Origin: Minisyncoccota bacterium
GTDB lineage: Bacteria; Patescibacteriota; Minisyncoccia; UBA6257; 2-01-FULL-56-20
NCBI GenBank assembly: GCA_035541435.1
Contig: DATKNL010000010.1
Location: 30,250-94,249, forward strand
Direction: 5' to 3'
DNA: 64,000 nt
This document shows, one piece after another, positions 53,819 to 62,995 of the stretch (position 1 is its first letter; the number at the start of each line of letters is the position of its first letter). Under the pieces are notes generated by a model that saw only the letters and a list, made by a program, of their open reading frames with translations, did no database searches and had not been told where the DNA came from. A program made the translations under genes and the position numbers.

Positions 53819-55612
53819 TTAAGTATAGTCCTTCCGGATCGGCTTTGAAGGGCCGGCGGCCGGATTGGTCAGCTTCGGTTGGGGCGTCGGAGGGGCCGGC
53901 GGCTTCGGTGTCGCGGTCGGCGCCGCGGGCGCAACCGGTGTCGCAGGTGCGACGGGTGTTGGCATTGCGGCCGTCGCGGGCGCGTGCGGTGGTGTGGCAG
54001 GTGCCACGGGCGCCGTGGGTGCGACGGGTGCGGTCGGTGCCGCACTCGTCATTTTCGCAGCACCTGGCATGACAGTCGGCTTCGGCGGCATGGGTGGCAG
54101 CGGGGGGAGGGGCGAGACGGGCGTAGCTGGCGGCGTAAAGGTGGGCGCAGGTGCGGTCGTCGCCTTAGGCGACGTCGATTGCGGCGGCGTGGGACCCGAA
54201 GGTTGCGATGCCGGCGGCGGCGTGGGGCCTGCGGGACGTTCGGTGACTCCGATCGTGGCGACGGGCACCTTCGGCGCGTTCGACGTCGAGGCGGCCGAAG
54301 GCACGCCAGATGTCCCCGGCTTTGCCGTCGTCATTTCGGTAACCGTCCGCTCGCCCGGCATGGGCGGCGTCTCTTTGAAATTGCTGTAATGCGGCAGCTT
54401 GGTCGTGCCGGAAGCCGGCTTCGCGGATGCGCCCGCAAGCGATCCGAGTTCGAGGACGGCCGCCTTCACGACATCCTTCGGCTTGATTTCTTCGAGCGAG
54501 ATTTCCGCGCCGCCGCCCGGACGCGCAAGATGGAAATCGTTCTTCGCGCCGATCGACGAGAATTCCGCATCGTGATGCAGCATGACGGGAGGCGGTGCGG
54601 CTGCAGCCGGCTGAGCGTCCGATGGCGATGATGACGACGGGTGCGCGTCCGATGACGAGGTCATCTTCGACCAGCCAGGCTGCGAGAAGGGTGACGCTTT
54701 CGGCGCCGCGGGAGCCGGCATCGCGGCCTGCGGTGCGCCCTTTGCGGTCGACGACAGCGCCGCTGCCGCCTCGGAAATCGATGCGGGCTTTGCCGGCGGG
54801 GTCGCAGGCGATGCCGGCGTCGACGGCTTGGATGATGACGTCGACATGAGCGACGATGCCGTTACGAACGAAGGCTTCGTTCCCGTCGACGGCGAAGGGC
54901 TTGCGGCTGGCTGTCCGCCGCTTCCCGCGATGGATGAGAGCACGGCAGAGACCGGTTTTGCGGCAGGTCCCGCGGCAACGGCATGTTGATTGCCCTGCTG
55001 CATTCCCTGCGGCTGTCCCGCCCCACCGCTACTGCCTCCCTGAGGTTTCGGCGGCATCGCGGGCGATCCGCTGATCTGACTGAGCACGGTTTTGCCGGCA
55101 TCAAGGGTCGCGGTGGTCACGGTGACGGACGGTTTGGGTGCGGGCGTGGTCGCGGGCGCCGCCTTGCCCGGGATAAGCGACGCGGTCTGCGTCGACATGG
55201 GGACGGCGTCGTGGACGATGTCGTTCATCATGCGGGGTGCCGGATGCGCGCCATTCCCTGCAAGAGGACTCGCGACCGGTACGGCGCCGGCCGGATTGTA
55301 GATCTTGTCGATCTCCTGTCGGATCGGAGCGAACAATCTTTCGTTCAGGGCGTTTTGAATATCGCCCGACGTCTTCGCGTCGAGCGCGATTTGTGTGACA
55401 AGTTCTGCTGCGAGGTCTTCGGGGTGAAGGAATCCCATCAGGACCCATCCGACAAGCTTGGCGACTACATAAATTTTTTCTTCGGGAACGTTTTCTCGCT
55501 GGCAGGTCTTCCAAACGAAATCAGAACCGGCTTCCGAGACGAGGGCTTCTCGCAGGACATCGGGGAGGGCGTCCCACCGCTCCAGGGCTTGGTTTGTGCT
55601 GATTGTCGTCAT
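53819..55612 (-). CDS. Hypothetical protein: helical N-terminal domain plus very long Pro/Ala/Thr-rich disordered region
   Basis: W..LP..LREAL...LMGFLHPEDL N-terminal domain, then more than 450 aa of low complexity. Confidence 0.7.
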   Translation of the reverse strand: MTTISTNQALERWDALPDVLREALVSEAGSDFVWKTCQRENVPEEKIYVVAKLVGWVLMGFLHPEDLAAELVTQIALDAKTSGDIQNALNERLFAPIRQEIDKIYNPAGAVPVASPLAGNGAHPAPRMMNDIVHDAVPMSTQTASLIPGKAAPATTPAPKPSVTVTTATLDAGKTVLSQISGSPAMPPKPQGGSSGGAGQPQGMQQGNQHAVAAGPAAKPVSAVLSSIAGSGGQPAASPSPSTGTKPSFVTASSLMSTSSSKPSTPASPATPPAKPASISEAAAALSSTAKGAPQAAMPAPAAPKASPFSQPGWSKMTSSSDAHPSSSSPSDAQPAAAAPPPVMLHHDAEFSSIGAKNDFHLARPGGGAEISLEEIKPKDVVKAAVLELGSLAGASAKPASGTTKLPHYSNFKETPPMPGERTVTEMTTAKPGTSGVPSAASTSNAPKVPVATIGVTERPAGPTPPPASQPSGPTPPQSTSPKATTAPAPTFTPPATPVSPLPPLPPMPPKPTVMPGAAKMTSAAPTAPVAPTAPVAPATPPHAPATAAMPTPVAPATPVAPAAPTATPKPPAPPTPQPKLTNPAAGPSKPIRKDYT

Positions 55613-55615
55613 GAT

Positions 55616-57928
55616 CTATGAGTGAGCGCCACCTTCGACGGCAGAGGCGGGAGGCGCAGATGTTGTACCCGTTCCGGGATCCTGAAGGACAGCGTTGTAG
55701 TCGAAGGCCTGTTTCCTGGCGCGGCGTGCCGTTTCGAGATTCTCCTCTTCCCGGGTCATCGTTTGCCTGAGCGCATCCTGCTCCTTCTTGAGAATTTCGA
55801 TCTGAGCTTTCCCGGCGTCGATCTGGGTTTGGATGGCCTTCTTGTCGGCCTCGCTTTCGGTTTGGGCAATTTGCTTGGTGAGTCTTTCGATCTGATTTTC
55901 CTGTTCCTTGATAGCCTGGGCCTTTTCCGCGCTCTTAACGAAGAACGCCCGTTGAGACATTTCCGTTTGGATGACGTCGTCATAGACTCGGTTAAACGTC
56001 TGAAGCTGAGCCCCCTTCAGTTTAGAGATGGCGCTTGCGGGAAGATGAGGTTGGCGCAGGGCCATGTTTTTAAGCAACGACCGAGTTTTGAAGTCGTCCT
56101 TCCCGAAAACGTCATTGACGTTTGCCTTAGCGATGTCGCTCTTCAACAGCTTGTCGACGAATTTGCCCGATTCCTCGTCGATCTTGGGCTGCGCCTTGGT
56201 GCGAACATTCTCGAATTCACGAATTGCCGCCTCGATAGCTTGGGCATTTCCTGATTTCTTGGCGTTGGAAACCTTGGCTTCTGCTTCGATAACGGGCTGC
56301 ATGGCTGCGCGCATCTCGGCGTTGTTACCGATGGCCTTGTCGGCCTCTTCCTGGTCGTGCTTCCATCCATATCGCTCGATGGCTGGCCGGTTGGCATCCA
56401 TCCATGCGCCAACTGTCTGGTTGCGTACCATGGTGTCCGGCGCGAGCTTACCCTTTTCGCGAAGTTTCGAGATGTGCGCCAGGGTTTCCTCCATGCTCAT
56501 CCTCCCCTTCAGGGCCTCCTTGATCGATTCGGGGTTGTCAGAGACATGTTTTTTTGCCTCTTCGACCATCTTGCTGTTCGTGATATAAGGTTCCATGGCG
56601 CGGCCTGCCTTGTTGGCTACGGTGCCGATCAGAGGAATCTTGGCGAGCGTCTGGTTTGATTTGAGCCCTTTCGATAATTTGTCTGCTGCCGGTTTCCCGA
56701 TCCGGACAGCCGCTTTTTTGGTCTGCTTCGCGGCGAATCCCTTCACCTGGCCGCCGGCCCATTTCGCGCCGCTCACGACCGCTTCGGATCCTCCGAGCGA
56801 GAGGGCCTGCGCGGCAAAGAGGCCGCCGAGCGCGAGGCCGACGAGCACGATGTCGTTGAGGGCCTGCTGCGTCCATCCGCCATGCGCGGTGCTTGCGGCG
56901 CTTGCAGCATAGGGGTTGTTCGGGTTTTGCACGGCAGCCGCATCGATGTTCGCAGCCGGAACGGTCGGTGATCCGTTGAGCGCGACCGCCGAAAGCATGG
57001 CGACATACAGGAAGAACGTCACGAGCGCGGGAAAAAGCGCCCATTTGATGAACAGCCCCCACCACTTCGCGAAATAATCGAACTTCGGGAAGATCCATGT
57101 GAGCCAGGCAAGTGGCAATACGATGAGAAGGAATACGAGATAGACATAGCGAACGACGAGCATGATGCCGACGATGAGCAGGGTGAAGACGACGATGCCC
57201 AGAAAGATCGTCGAAAAGAAACCGGCGGTGACGGCCTGCATGAACGTCGTCGCCCCCGAAGAGTCGTTGCCTTTCGTCATATTGGCGGCAGCATTGCATA
57301 CGAGCGCCGTTTCAGGATCCAGATCGCAGTCATTCGAAGCCTGCTGGGTGTTGCCGGCCGTCTGGGCGGGAACAATGTCCGGAGGAGCCTGGAATTTCGA
57401 TACTCCGAAGTCGGTGGCCATAAGCGTTGCAACGTTATTGTCCCCTCCCATGGCACCAACGAAATAATTCGAAAGATTATCGGCCAAGCCGACGATCGGT
57501 CCCGTTATGACAAGCCCGAAATTGACAAGGATCGCCATGAGGACGAGCTTCCACAGGGATTGCTTGATGCCATAGCTTTCGCTGCGCAGGATGGTCGCGA
57601 TCGCTATGATGATGATCCCAAGGACGAATCCGAGGTTCGCGATGGCGAGTGCTATCGAAAACCCCTGTTGGACCGTGGCGGAGTTGAACGCGCTTTCGTC
57701 AAGGTGAATGCCGAGGTTGATGATCTGCGCACTCAGGTCGACAAGCAGAAAGAGGAAGCTGTTGATGGCGGTGCTTATGAAAAGCACGGCGCTCGTAACC
57801 GGACTGGTGTACCAGTTGACCATGCTCGGGTTCGAACTTGCCGCCCATGTTCCGCGCGGAAGGGCGATCATCGTTCCCGTCAGGGCGGTCAGGATCAGGC
57901 CGGCTTTCTTGGTGAAAAACTTCTTCAT
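55616..57928 (-). CDS. VirB6/TrbL-like polytopic membrane protein with long C-terminal helical extension
   Basis: IANLGFV..III.A..TIL, L.KLVLMAILVNF and R..YL..L....PLAWL..IFP...WW..F motifs, coiled-coil tail. Confidence 0.78.
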   Translation of the reverse strand: MKKFFTKKAGLILTALTGTMIALPRGTWAASSNPSMVNWYTSPVTSAVLFISTAINSFLFLLVDLSAQIINLGIHLDESAFNSATVQQGFSIALAIANLGFVLGIIIIAIATILRSESYGIKQSLWKLVLMAILVNFGLVITGPIVGLADNLSNYFVGAMGGDNNVATLMATDFGVSKFQAPPDIVPAQTAGNTQQASNDCDLDPETALVCNAAANMTKGNDSSGATTFMQAVTAGFFSTIFLGIVVFTLLIVGIMLVVRYVYLVFLLIVLPLAWLTWIFPKFDYFAKWWGLFIKWALFPALVTFFLYVAMLSAVALNGSPTVPAANIDAAAVQNPNNPYAASAASTAHGGWTQQALNDIVLVGLALGGLFAAQALSLGGSEAVVSGAKWAGGQVKGFAAKQTKKAAVRIGKPAADKLSKGLKSNQTLAKIPLIGTVANKAGRAMEPYITNSKMVEEAKKHVSDNPESIKEALKGRMSMEETLAHISKLREKGKLAPDTMVRNQTVGAWMDANRPAIERYGWKHDQEEADKAIGNNAEMRAAMQPVIEAEAKVSNAKKSGNAQAIEAAIREFENVRTKAQPKIDEESGKFVDKLLKSDIAKANVNDVFGKDDFKTRSLLKNMALRQPHLPASAISKLKGAQLQTFNRVYDDVIQTEMSQRAFFVKSAEKAQAIKEQENQIERLTKQIAQTESEADKKAIQTQIDAGKAQIEILKKEQDALRQTMTREEENLETARRARKQAFDYNAVLQDPGTGTTSAPPASAVEGGAHS

Positions 57929-57929
57929 C

Positions 57930-60065
57930 TCATTGCGTGACGATCACAGTGCAGGTTGCCGGCGTGTCACCTGTCGTGTCGCTCAGGGTCACCGTATAGG
58001 TTCCCGGTGCGACGAATGCGTGACTGAAGACGTAGCCGGTGGCCGTCGATCCGTCAGAAGACGCCCACGAATAATTGACCGTGCCGTTCGCGCCGGACTT
58101 CCCGCCGTTCGCCGATACGAAGATCGAAACGGAGCTCGAGGTGTTTTGCGCGGTCGGATTGCACGAGAGAGGAATGACGGGCGCCGTCGCTCCCCCGCTT
58201 TGGATCGACGAGGGGTTCGTTCCCGAGAGGCCGCTGTTGATCGCCTGAGTCGCGGTGTTTACCGCGAGGCTCGAGAGGCTGTTGAGCAGCGAGTCGGTGA
58301 GGGCGTTCAGCAGGCCGGCGATGTCATCGGCCGACGTGATGAGCTTGATCGGCGAATCGAGGATCGAGCTCAGGCTGTATCCGGTTGTGATGCCCGGGGT
58401 CGTGGTCTTCGGTTCCGACCCGTCGGCGCAGCTTCCGCCGTTCGAGACATAGACAGGGGTGTCGCCGGCATTGCACGATCCGCCGTTCGGATAGGCGTTC
58501 GCTCCCGACGGCGTTCGGCATTCGAGATGATAGCCGCTTTTCGGATCGCTCCCGTCCGCGCAGACGCCGTCACCCGTAAATCCCTGCGATGACGTGAGCT
58601 GCGTCGTTGCGGCGAGCTGCGCGTTCCGCGCATTCTGATCGGCGATCTGCGCCTGAAAATAAAGGCTTTGATAATAGTTGTTGACAGGAAGGGCGTTCAC
58701 GCCGAACGCGAGCCATCCGCCGTTCGAGAAATTCTGATAGAACTGGCTGAGCGAATAGCCGCCAAGCGCCGCAGTGAACGTCCCCGCGCAATAGTTGTTG
58801 CCCGCGTTCACGTTATAGAACGTGCTCAGCGTGACCTGGATCTGCGGAAGGATTGATGGATTCACGCAGGCGAAGTTGCTGTTCAGATAGTTGAGCGCCC
58901 CCTGGGTATAGGACTGCACGAGCGCAACGCCCCACTGCTGAACGAACCGCGGCGCGCCGCTGCCTTGGATCCATTTGAGCACGTGCTGTTGGACGAGGGC
59001 GGTGAGGGCGTTTTTAAGAATCTGCAAAATGATGTCGTTCACATGCTGCAAGACGATCTCCGCGAATACGCTGGGGTCGAACGTGATGTCGCCGAGTCCG
59101 AAGATCGCGTGCGCCGTGTGGATGCCGAGGATGTTGTCGACGAAGGAAATCGAAGCCGATACGTCCTCGTTCGAATTCTTGCCGAAGTACAATCCGACCT
59201 GGCTCGCCTTCTGCATCTGAAGCTGCAGGTTCTGGAGCGCCGCCTGATATTTCGCCTGCTCCTCTTTGAAGATGATGCCCGTCTTCACCGGGTCGGCATT
59301 CGCGCCTTCCGCGAGCTGAAGGGAATTCTTTTCATACACGAGCATCATTACGAGGCTCTTATGGAAATCGGCAAGCTGGCTCGGAACGCGCAACGCGAGA
59401 ACGTCGCCGAGCGATCCTTGAATCTGCGTATTGATCGCCGCCATCTGGCCCGGATCGGTTCCGAGCGAATCGACGGCCTCGCTGAGGTTCGTCGAAACGA
59501 AATGCTTGGTGAGGACGTCGTTCAGCGCCTTCCCGTATTGCGCGATGTCATCGCCGCTTGACGAGGTGGCGATCCTGATCGGCTGCATGTTCGCCTCAAG
59601 GGTCCAGTCGGGAATCTGCAGGCCCGCCGTCGCCGTCGCGTTCGCCACCTGCATGGCGATGGCGTTGATGTCCGGTTGGGCGAGGTTCGGATTCCCGTTC
59701 GCGTCAGGCGTCGCGCCGTTCGGATTCGCCGATATCACGCCGTCCAGATAGGTTTCGGCGAGCGCATTCGTGAGATTGCTGTCATCCGAAAGAGAAATGC
59801 TCGTGGTGGGAACGTCGTCCGAAATCACCTCGACGCCGTTTGCCACTGCGACGGCGGGAAGGAACGCGTTCTGATTCTGCAGGGGCGTCTGGGTGGGCGA
59901 CTGTGACTCTTGTGATCCGGCTTGTCCATTTGCGGCCAGCGTGCCGGATGAGTCTGTTCCGGCGACCGACCCCGAGCCCCCGATATTCATCACAAGGACT
60001 GCCGATACGCTCGCAGCGGCAGCCAAAATCAAGAAACCGGTGATCAATTTCTTGACATCGATCAT
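57930..60065 (-). CDS. Membrane-anchored exported protein with helical, Cys-rich and C-terminal PKD-like domains
   Basis: N-terminal TM, WIQGSGAPRFVQ, F..GGW, CADGS.P twice, FSHAF..PGTYTVTL. Confidence 0.7.
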   Translation of the reverse strand: MIDVKKLITGFLILAAAASVSAVLVMNIGGSGSVAGTDSSGTLAANGQAGSQESQSPTQTPLQNQNAFLPAVAVANGVEVISDDVPTTSISLSDDSNLTNALAETYLDGVISANPNGATPDANGNPNLAQPDINAIAMQVANATATAGLQIPDWTLEANMQPIRIATSSSGDDIAQYGKALNDVLTKHFVSTNLSEAVDSLGTDPGQMAAINTQIQGSLGDVLALRVPSQLADFHKSLVMMLVYEKNSLQLAEGANADPVKTGIIFKEEQAKYQAALQNLQLQMQKASQVGLYFGKNSNEDVSASISFVDNILGIHTAHAIFGLGDITFDPSVFAEIVLQHVNDIILQILKNALTALVQQHVLKWIQGSGAPRFVQQWGVALVQSYTQGALNYLNSNFACVNPSILPQIQVTLSTFYNVNAGNNYCAGTFTAALGGYSLSQFYQNFSNGGWLAFGVNALPVNNYYQSLYFQAQIADQNARNAQLAATTQLTSSQGFTGDGVCADGSDPKSGYHLECRTPSGANAYPNGGSCNAGDTPVYVSNGGSCADGSEPKTTTPGITTGYSLSSILDSPIKLITSADDIAGLLNALTDSLLNSLSSLAVNTATQAINSGLSGTNPSSIQSGGATAPVIPLSCNPTAQNTSSSVSIFVSANGGKSGANGTVNYSWASSDGSTATGYVFSHAFVAPGTYTVTLSDTTGDTPATCTVIVTQ

Positions 60066-60108
60066 TTACCTCTATTATAGCTCTGACTTCCTCTTCTGTA
60101 TTAGGGCT

Positions 60109-60117
60109 TTATCCACA
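60109..60117 (+). promoter_or_regulatory. Perfect DnaA box upstream of the T4SS locus
   Basis: TTATCCACA, about 30 nt upstream of the minus-strand TATAAT preceding ATG 60065. Confidence 0.65.
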
Positions 60118-60163
60118 CAAAACGCTTATTTTTCCGATCATTCCGAATGTCCGGGCGCTGAAA

Positions 60164-60934
60164 TCAGAAAAAAAGTTTTGCGATCGTGGCAACGTTGTCG
60201 ATTGCAAGGTCCTGCGGCCGCTCCGAGGCGTTGATTCCTGCTTGGGCGAGCGTTTTTTCGATAAATTCGCGCGATTTGTCGGCGTGAGCCGCCACGTTGT
60301 TGAGAATCGTCTTGCGCGGTTGCGAGAAAACGGCCCTGACGGCGGAATAATACCGATCCTGACCGACGTCGCCATCGTTTTCCCTGAGCGCGAGAAGGAC
60401 AACGGCCGAATCAACCTCGGGCGGCGGCGAAAAATCGCCTTTCGGAACCCGTGCGATGATCGTCGCATCGGCCCAGAACTGCACGCTTGCCGCGAGCCGA
60501 TTCATGTGCGGAGGCTTGGCCGAGAGGCGTTCGGCGACCTCGTCCTGCACCATGAGGATGGTCCGTTCCGGCTTGTGCGGAAGCTCGCTCACGAGGCGCA
60601 GGAGCTTCCCGGTGATGTAATAAGGGATGTTGCCGACGAGCTTCCATGAGGCCCCGCCCATTTCGCTGACGGCAGAAGGAAGAAGCCTGAGGGCGTCGCC
60701 TTCCTTGACGGTCACCGCGGGGAGGTCGCGTACGAGTGCGGCGGCAAGCCGCGCGTCCTTTTCGAGGACCGTGATATTCGCCGCACCCGCCGATGCTTTG
60801 ACGATGCGGCGCGTGAGCTCGCCGTGTCCCGATCCGATTTCGATCACGGCATCCCCCGCTCCGACGCCAAGCGCGGACGCGATCTTGTCCGCGACCGCGG
60901 CGTTGCGAAGGAAGTGTTGGCCAAGTCGTTTCAT
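60164..60934 (-). CDS. rsmA: 16S rRNA dimethyladenosine transferase RsmA/KsgA
   Basis: LGQHFL, EIGSGHG.LT, GDAL, GNIPYYIT, MVQ.EVA, F.PPPEVDSAV and PRKT motifs. Confidence 0.95.
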   Translation of the reverse strand: MKRLGQHFLRNAAVADKIASALGVGAGDAVIEIGSGHGELTRRIVKASAGAANITVLEKDARLAAALVRDLPAVTVKEGDALRLLPSAVSEMGGASWKLVGNIPYYITGKLLRLVSELPHKPERTILMVQDEVAERLSAKPPHMNRLAASVQFWADATIIARVPKGDFSPPPEVDSAVVLLALRENDGDVGQDRYYSAVRAVFSQPRKTILNNVAAHADKSREFIEKTLAQAGINASERPQDLAIDNVATIAKLFF

Positions 60935-60935
60935 A

Positions 60936-62930
60936 TCAGTCGAGAAATACGGAACGCTCTTCGAACCCCTCAGATTCGTCGAAACCATCGGAGTCGCCCG
61001 CGCCGAGGCCGCGCCGGCCGCGGGTGCCGTCACCATCATCATACGACGAGGCGCTCCCCGCGGCGAACGTGACGCAGTCCTCGGGAATTTCCGAAATGAA
61101 CCGCGACGGGATTCCATAAAAGCTGATTGCGAGGTTCTTCCGCGCCCGCGTCATTGCGACATACATCAGTCGCCGCTCCTCTTCGAGCGACGCGTCGTCG
61201 TCGAGCGAGCGGCCGTGCGGCAGGAGTCCCTCGGCGGCTCCCGCGATGAAGACCGTATCGAACTCGAGTCCTTTCGCAAGATGAATGGTCATAAGGCTCA
61301 CTTCCTCCCCCCGGTTTTTCTGTTCGTTCACGTCGTCGGTCGCCTGAAGCAGGCTGAGCTTTTCGAGGAAGTCCGGCAGCGATTCGAATTCTCCGGCAAA
61401 CGCAACGAGTTCCGCTATGTTCTCTTCGCGCTCGTCGGAGTTGATGAAGTTATCTTCAAGATATTCGACGTAGTTGAACGTTTCAAGAAAAAGCTTGAGC
61501 GCGTCGACGGGTTTGATCGCGGGACCGCCGTCGTCCGCGGCGGTCGGGCCGCCCTGGAAGGCCGATTTTATAAGCCTTGCGCGGAATTCGGCGAATCGGC
61601 GCTTCGTGAGGTTTTTCTCAAGCCGGTCCTTCGCGACCTCGTCCTTGTCGTTCGAGATGTAGCGCAATGCGGCCATCGCATCTTTCACTTCGCGCCGTTC
61701 ATAGAACTTGAGGCCGCCGAAAATGCGATAGGGAATGTCGCGACGGATGAGCGCCTGTTCGATCGCGCGCGACTGCGCGTTCGTGCGATAGAGGATGGCG
61801 ATCTCTTCGGCCGCATCCTGCCGTTCGCCGCGGTTCCCCTGCTCCTCGCGCCGCAGGTCGTCGCGTACCCGCCGCTTGCCGATCTCCTGCGCGATCCATT
61901 CCGCCTCTTCGTTCTCGCCCCAGGCCTCGAAGAGCGCGATGCGCTCGCCGTCGGGATTCTTGGTCCAGAGGTTCTTCGGCGTGCGGAACGAGTTGTTCTT
62001 CACGACGCCGGCCGCCGCGCGGATGATCGTCCCGGTCGAGCGGTAGTTCTCTTCCAAAAAATGCACCGAGGCGCCCTTCCAGACCTTGTCGAAGTCGAGG
62101 AACGTCTTGATGTTCGCGTAGCGCCAGCTATAGATCGTCTGCTCGTCATCGCCTACGACGCTCAGGTTGCGATGCCCTTCGGCGAGAAGCGTGATGAACT
62201 CGCACTGCTTCGGGTTGATGTCCTGATATTCGTCGACCAGGATCGCGTCGAACATCGATTGATATTTTCTGAGCACGTTCGGATGCTGCCTGAAGATCGC
62301 GACCGGCTTCTCGATCAGGTCGTCAAAGTCGAACGCGTTATTGCGCGCGAGTGCCGCCTCGTAGTGCTCGTAAACCTTCACGACATTCCTCGAGGTCCCA
62401 TCGGTTGCGGCCCGCAGCTCGTCGATGGCTCCGTCTTTGTTCTTGATCTCGGAAATCCTCTGCCCGAAAAACGCCGGCGTCTCCTTCTTGTTCAGCCGCT
62501 GCCGGTTGCCGAATGCCCCGTCCTCTTTCGGGGGCTTGGGCAGGACCGCCTTGACCGCCTTTTTGAGCAGGTCGAACGAATCGTGATCGTCAAAGATGGC
62601 GAAATTCGGACTGCGGCCAAGAAGCCGGCACTCCTTTCTGAGGATCCTCGCGCCCAGGGAGTGAAAGGTGCTGATCAGGGGTCCCGGAATGCTCACCCGG
62701 TTCGCCATCTCCTTTGCCGCCTTGTTCGTGAAAGTGATGGCACAGATTCGTTCGGGGCTCATCCCTGACTCGATAAGATGGACGATCCGGCTCGTGAGCG
62801 TCTTGGTTTTCCCGGTCCCAGCGCCGGCCACTATTAAAAGAGGCCCGTTTTTAGCCTTCGCTGCGGCTGACTGGGCCGGATTCATGGGGAAAATCGGTGG
62901 ATTTGCCCTATTTTGATTGCTGCTCGTCAT
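60936..62930 (-). CDS. pcrA: UvrD/PcrA family SF1A helicase
   Basis: AGAGTGKT, ITFTNKAA.EM, VDEYQD, VGDDEQ.IYSWR, ENYRST, ILYRTNAQ, HLAKGLEF and EERRLMYVAMTRA motifs. Confidence 0.92.
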   Translation of the reverse strand: MTSSNQNRANPPIFPMNPAQSAAAKAKNGPLLIVAGAGTGKTKTLTSRIVHLIESGMSPERICAITFTNKAAKEMANRVSIPGPLISTFHSLGARILRKECRLLGRSPNFAIFDDHDSFDLLKKAVKAVLPKPPKEDGAFGNRQRLNKKETPAFFGQRISEIKNKDGAIDELRAATDGTSRNVVKVYEHYEAALARNNAFDFDDLIEKPVAIFRQHPNVLRKYQSMFDAILVDEYQDINPKQCEFITLLAEGHRNLSVVGDDEQTIYSWRYANIKTFLDFDKVWKGASVHFLEENYRSTGTIIRAAAGVVKNNSFRTPKNLWTKNPDGERIALFEAWGENEEAEWIAQEIGKRRVRDDLRREEQGNRGERQDAAEEIAILYRTNAQSRAIEQALIRRDIPYRIFGGLKFYERREVKDAMAALRYISNDKDEVAKDRLEKNLTKRRFAEFRARLIKSAFQGGPTAADDGGPAIKPVDALKLFLETFNYVEYLEDNFINSDEREENIAELVAFAGEFESLPDFLEKLSLLQATDDVNEQKNRGEEVSLMTIHLAKGLEFDTVFIAGAAEGLLPHGRSLDDDASLEEERRLMYVAMTRARKNLAISFYGIPSRFISEIPEDCVTFAAGSASSYDDGDGTRGRRGLGAGDSDGFDESEGFEERSVFLD

Positions 62931-62995
62931 TGTGGTAACATAACCATATTAGTACCCTAGTCGTAAAAGTTAAAAGTAGGTATAAACCACTTTCA

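Noticed and set aside
53860-54060. Short tandem-like repeats (APTAPV/APATP) and similar ones at 5830-5950
   Set aside because: Degenerate coding low-complexity Pro/Ala/Thr linkers with no constant repeat-spacer period. No CRISPR array or cas gene was seen in the window.
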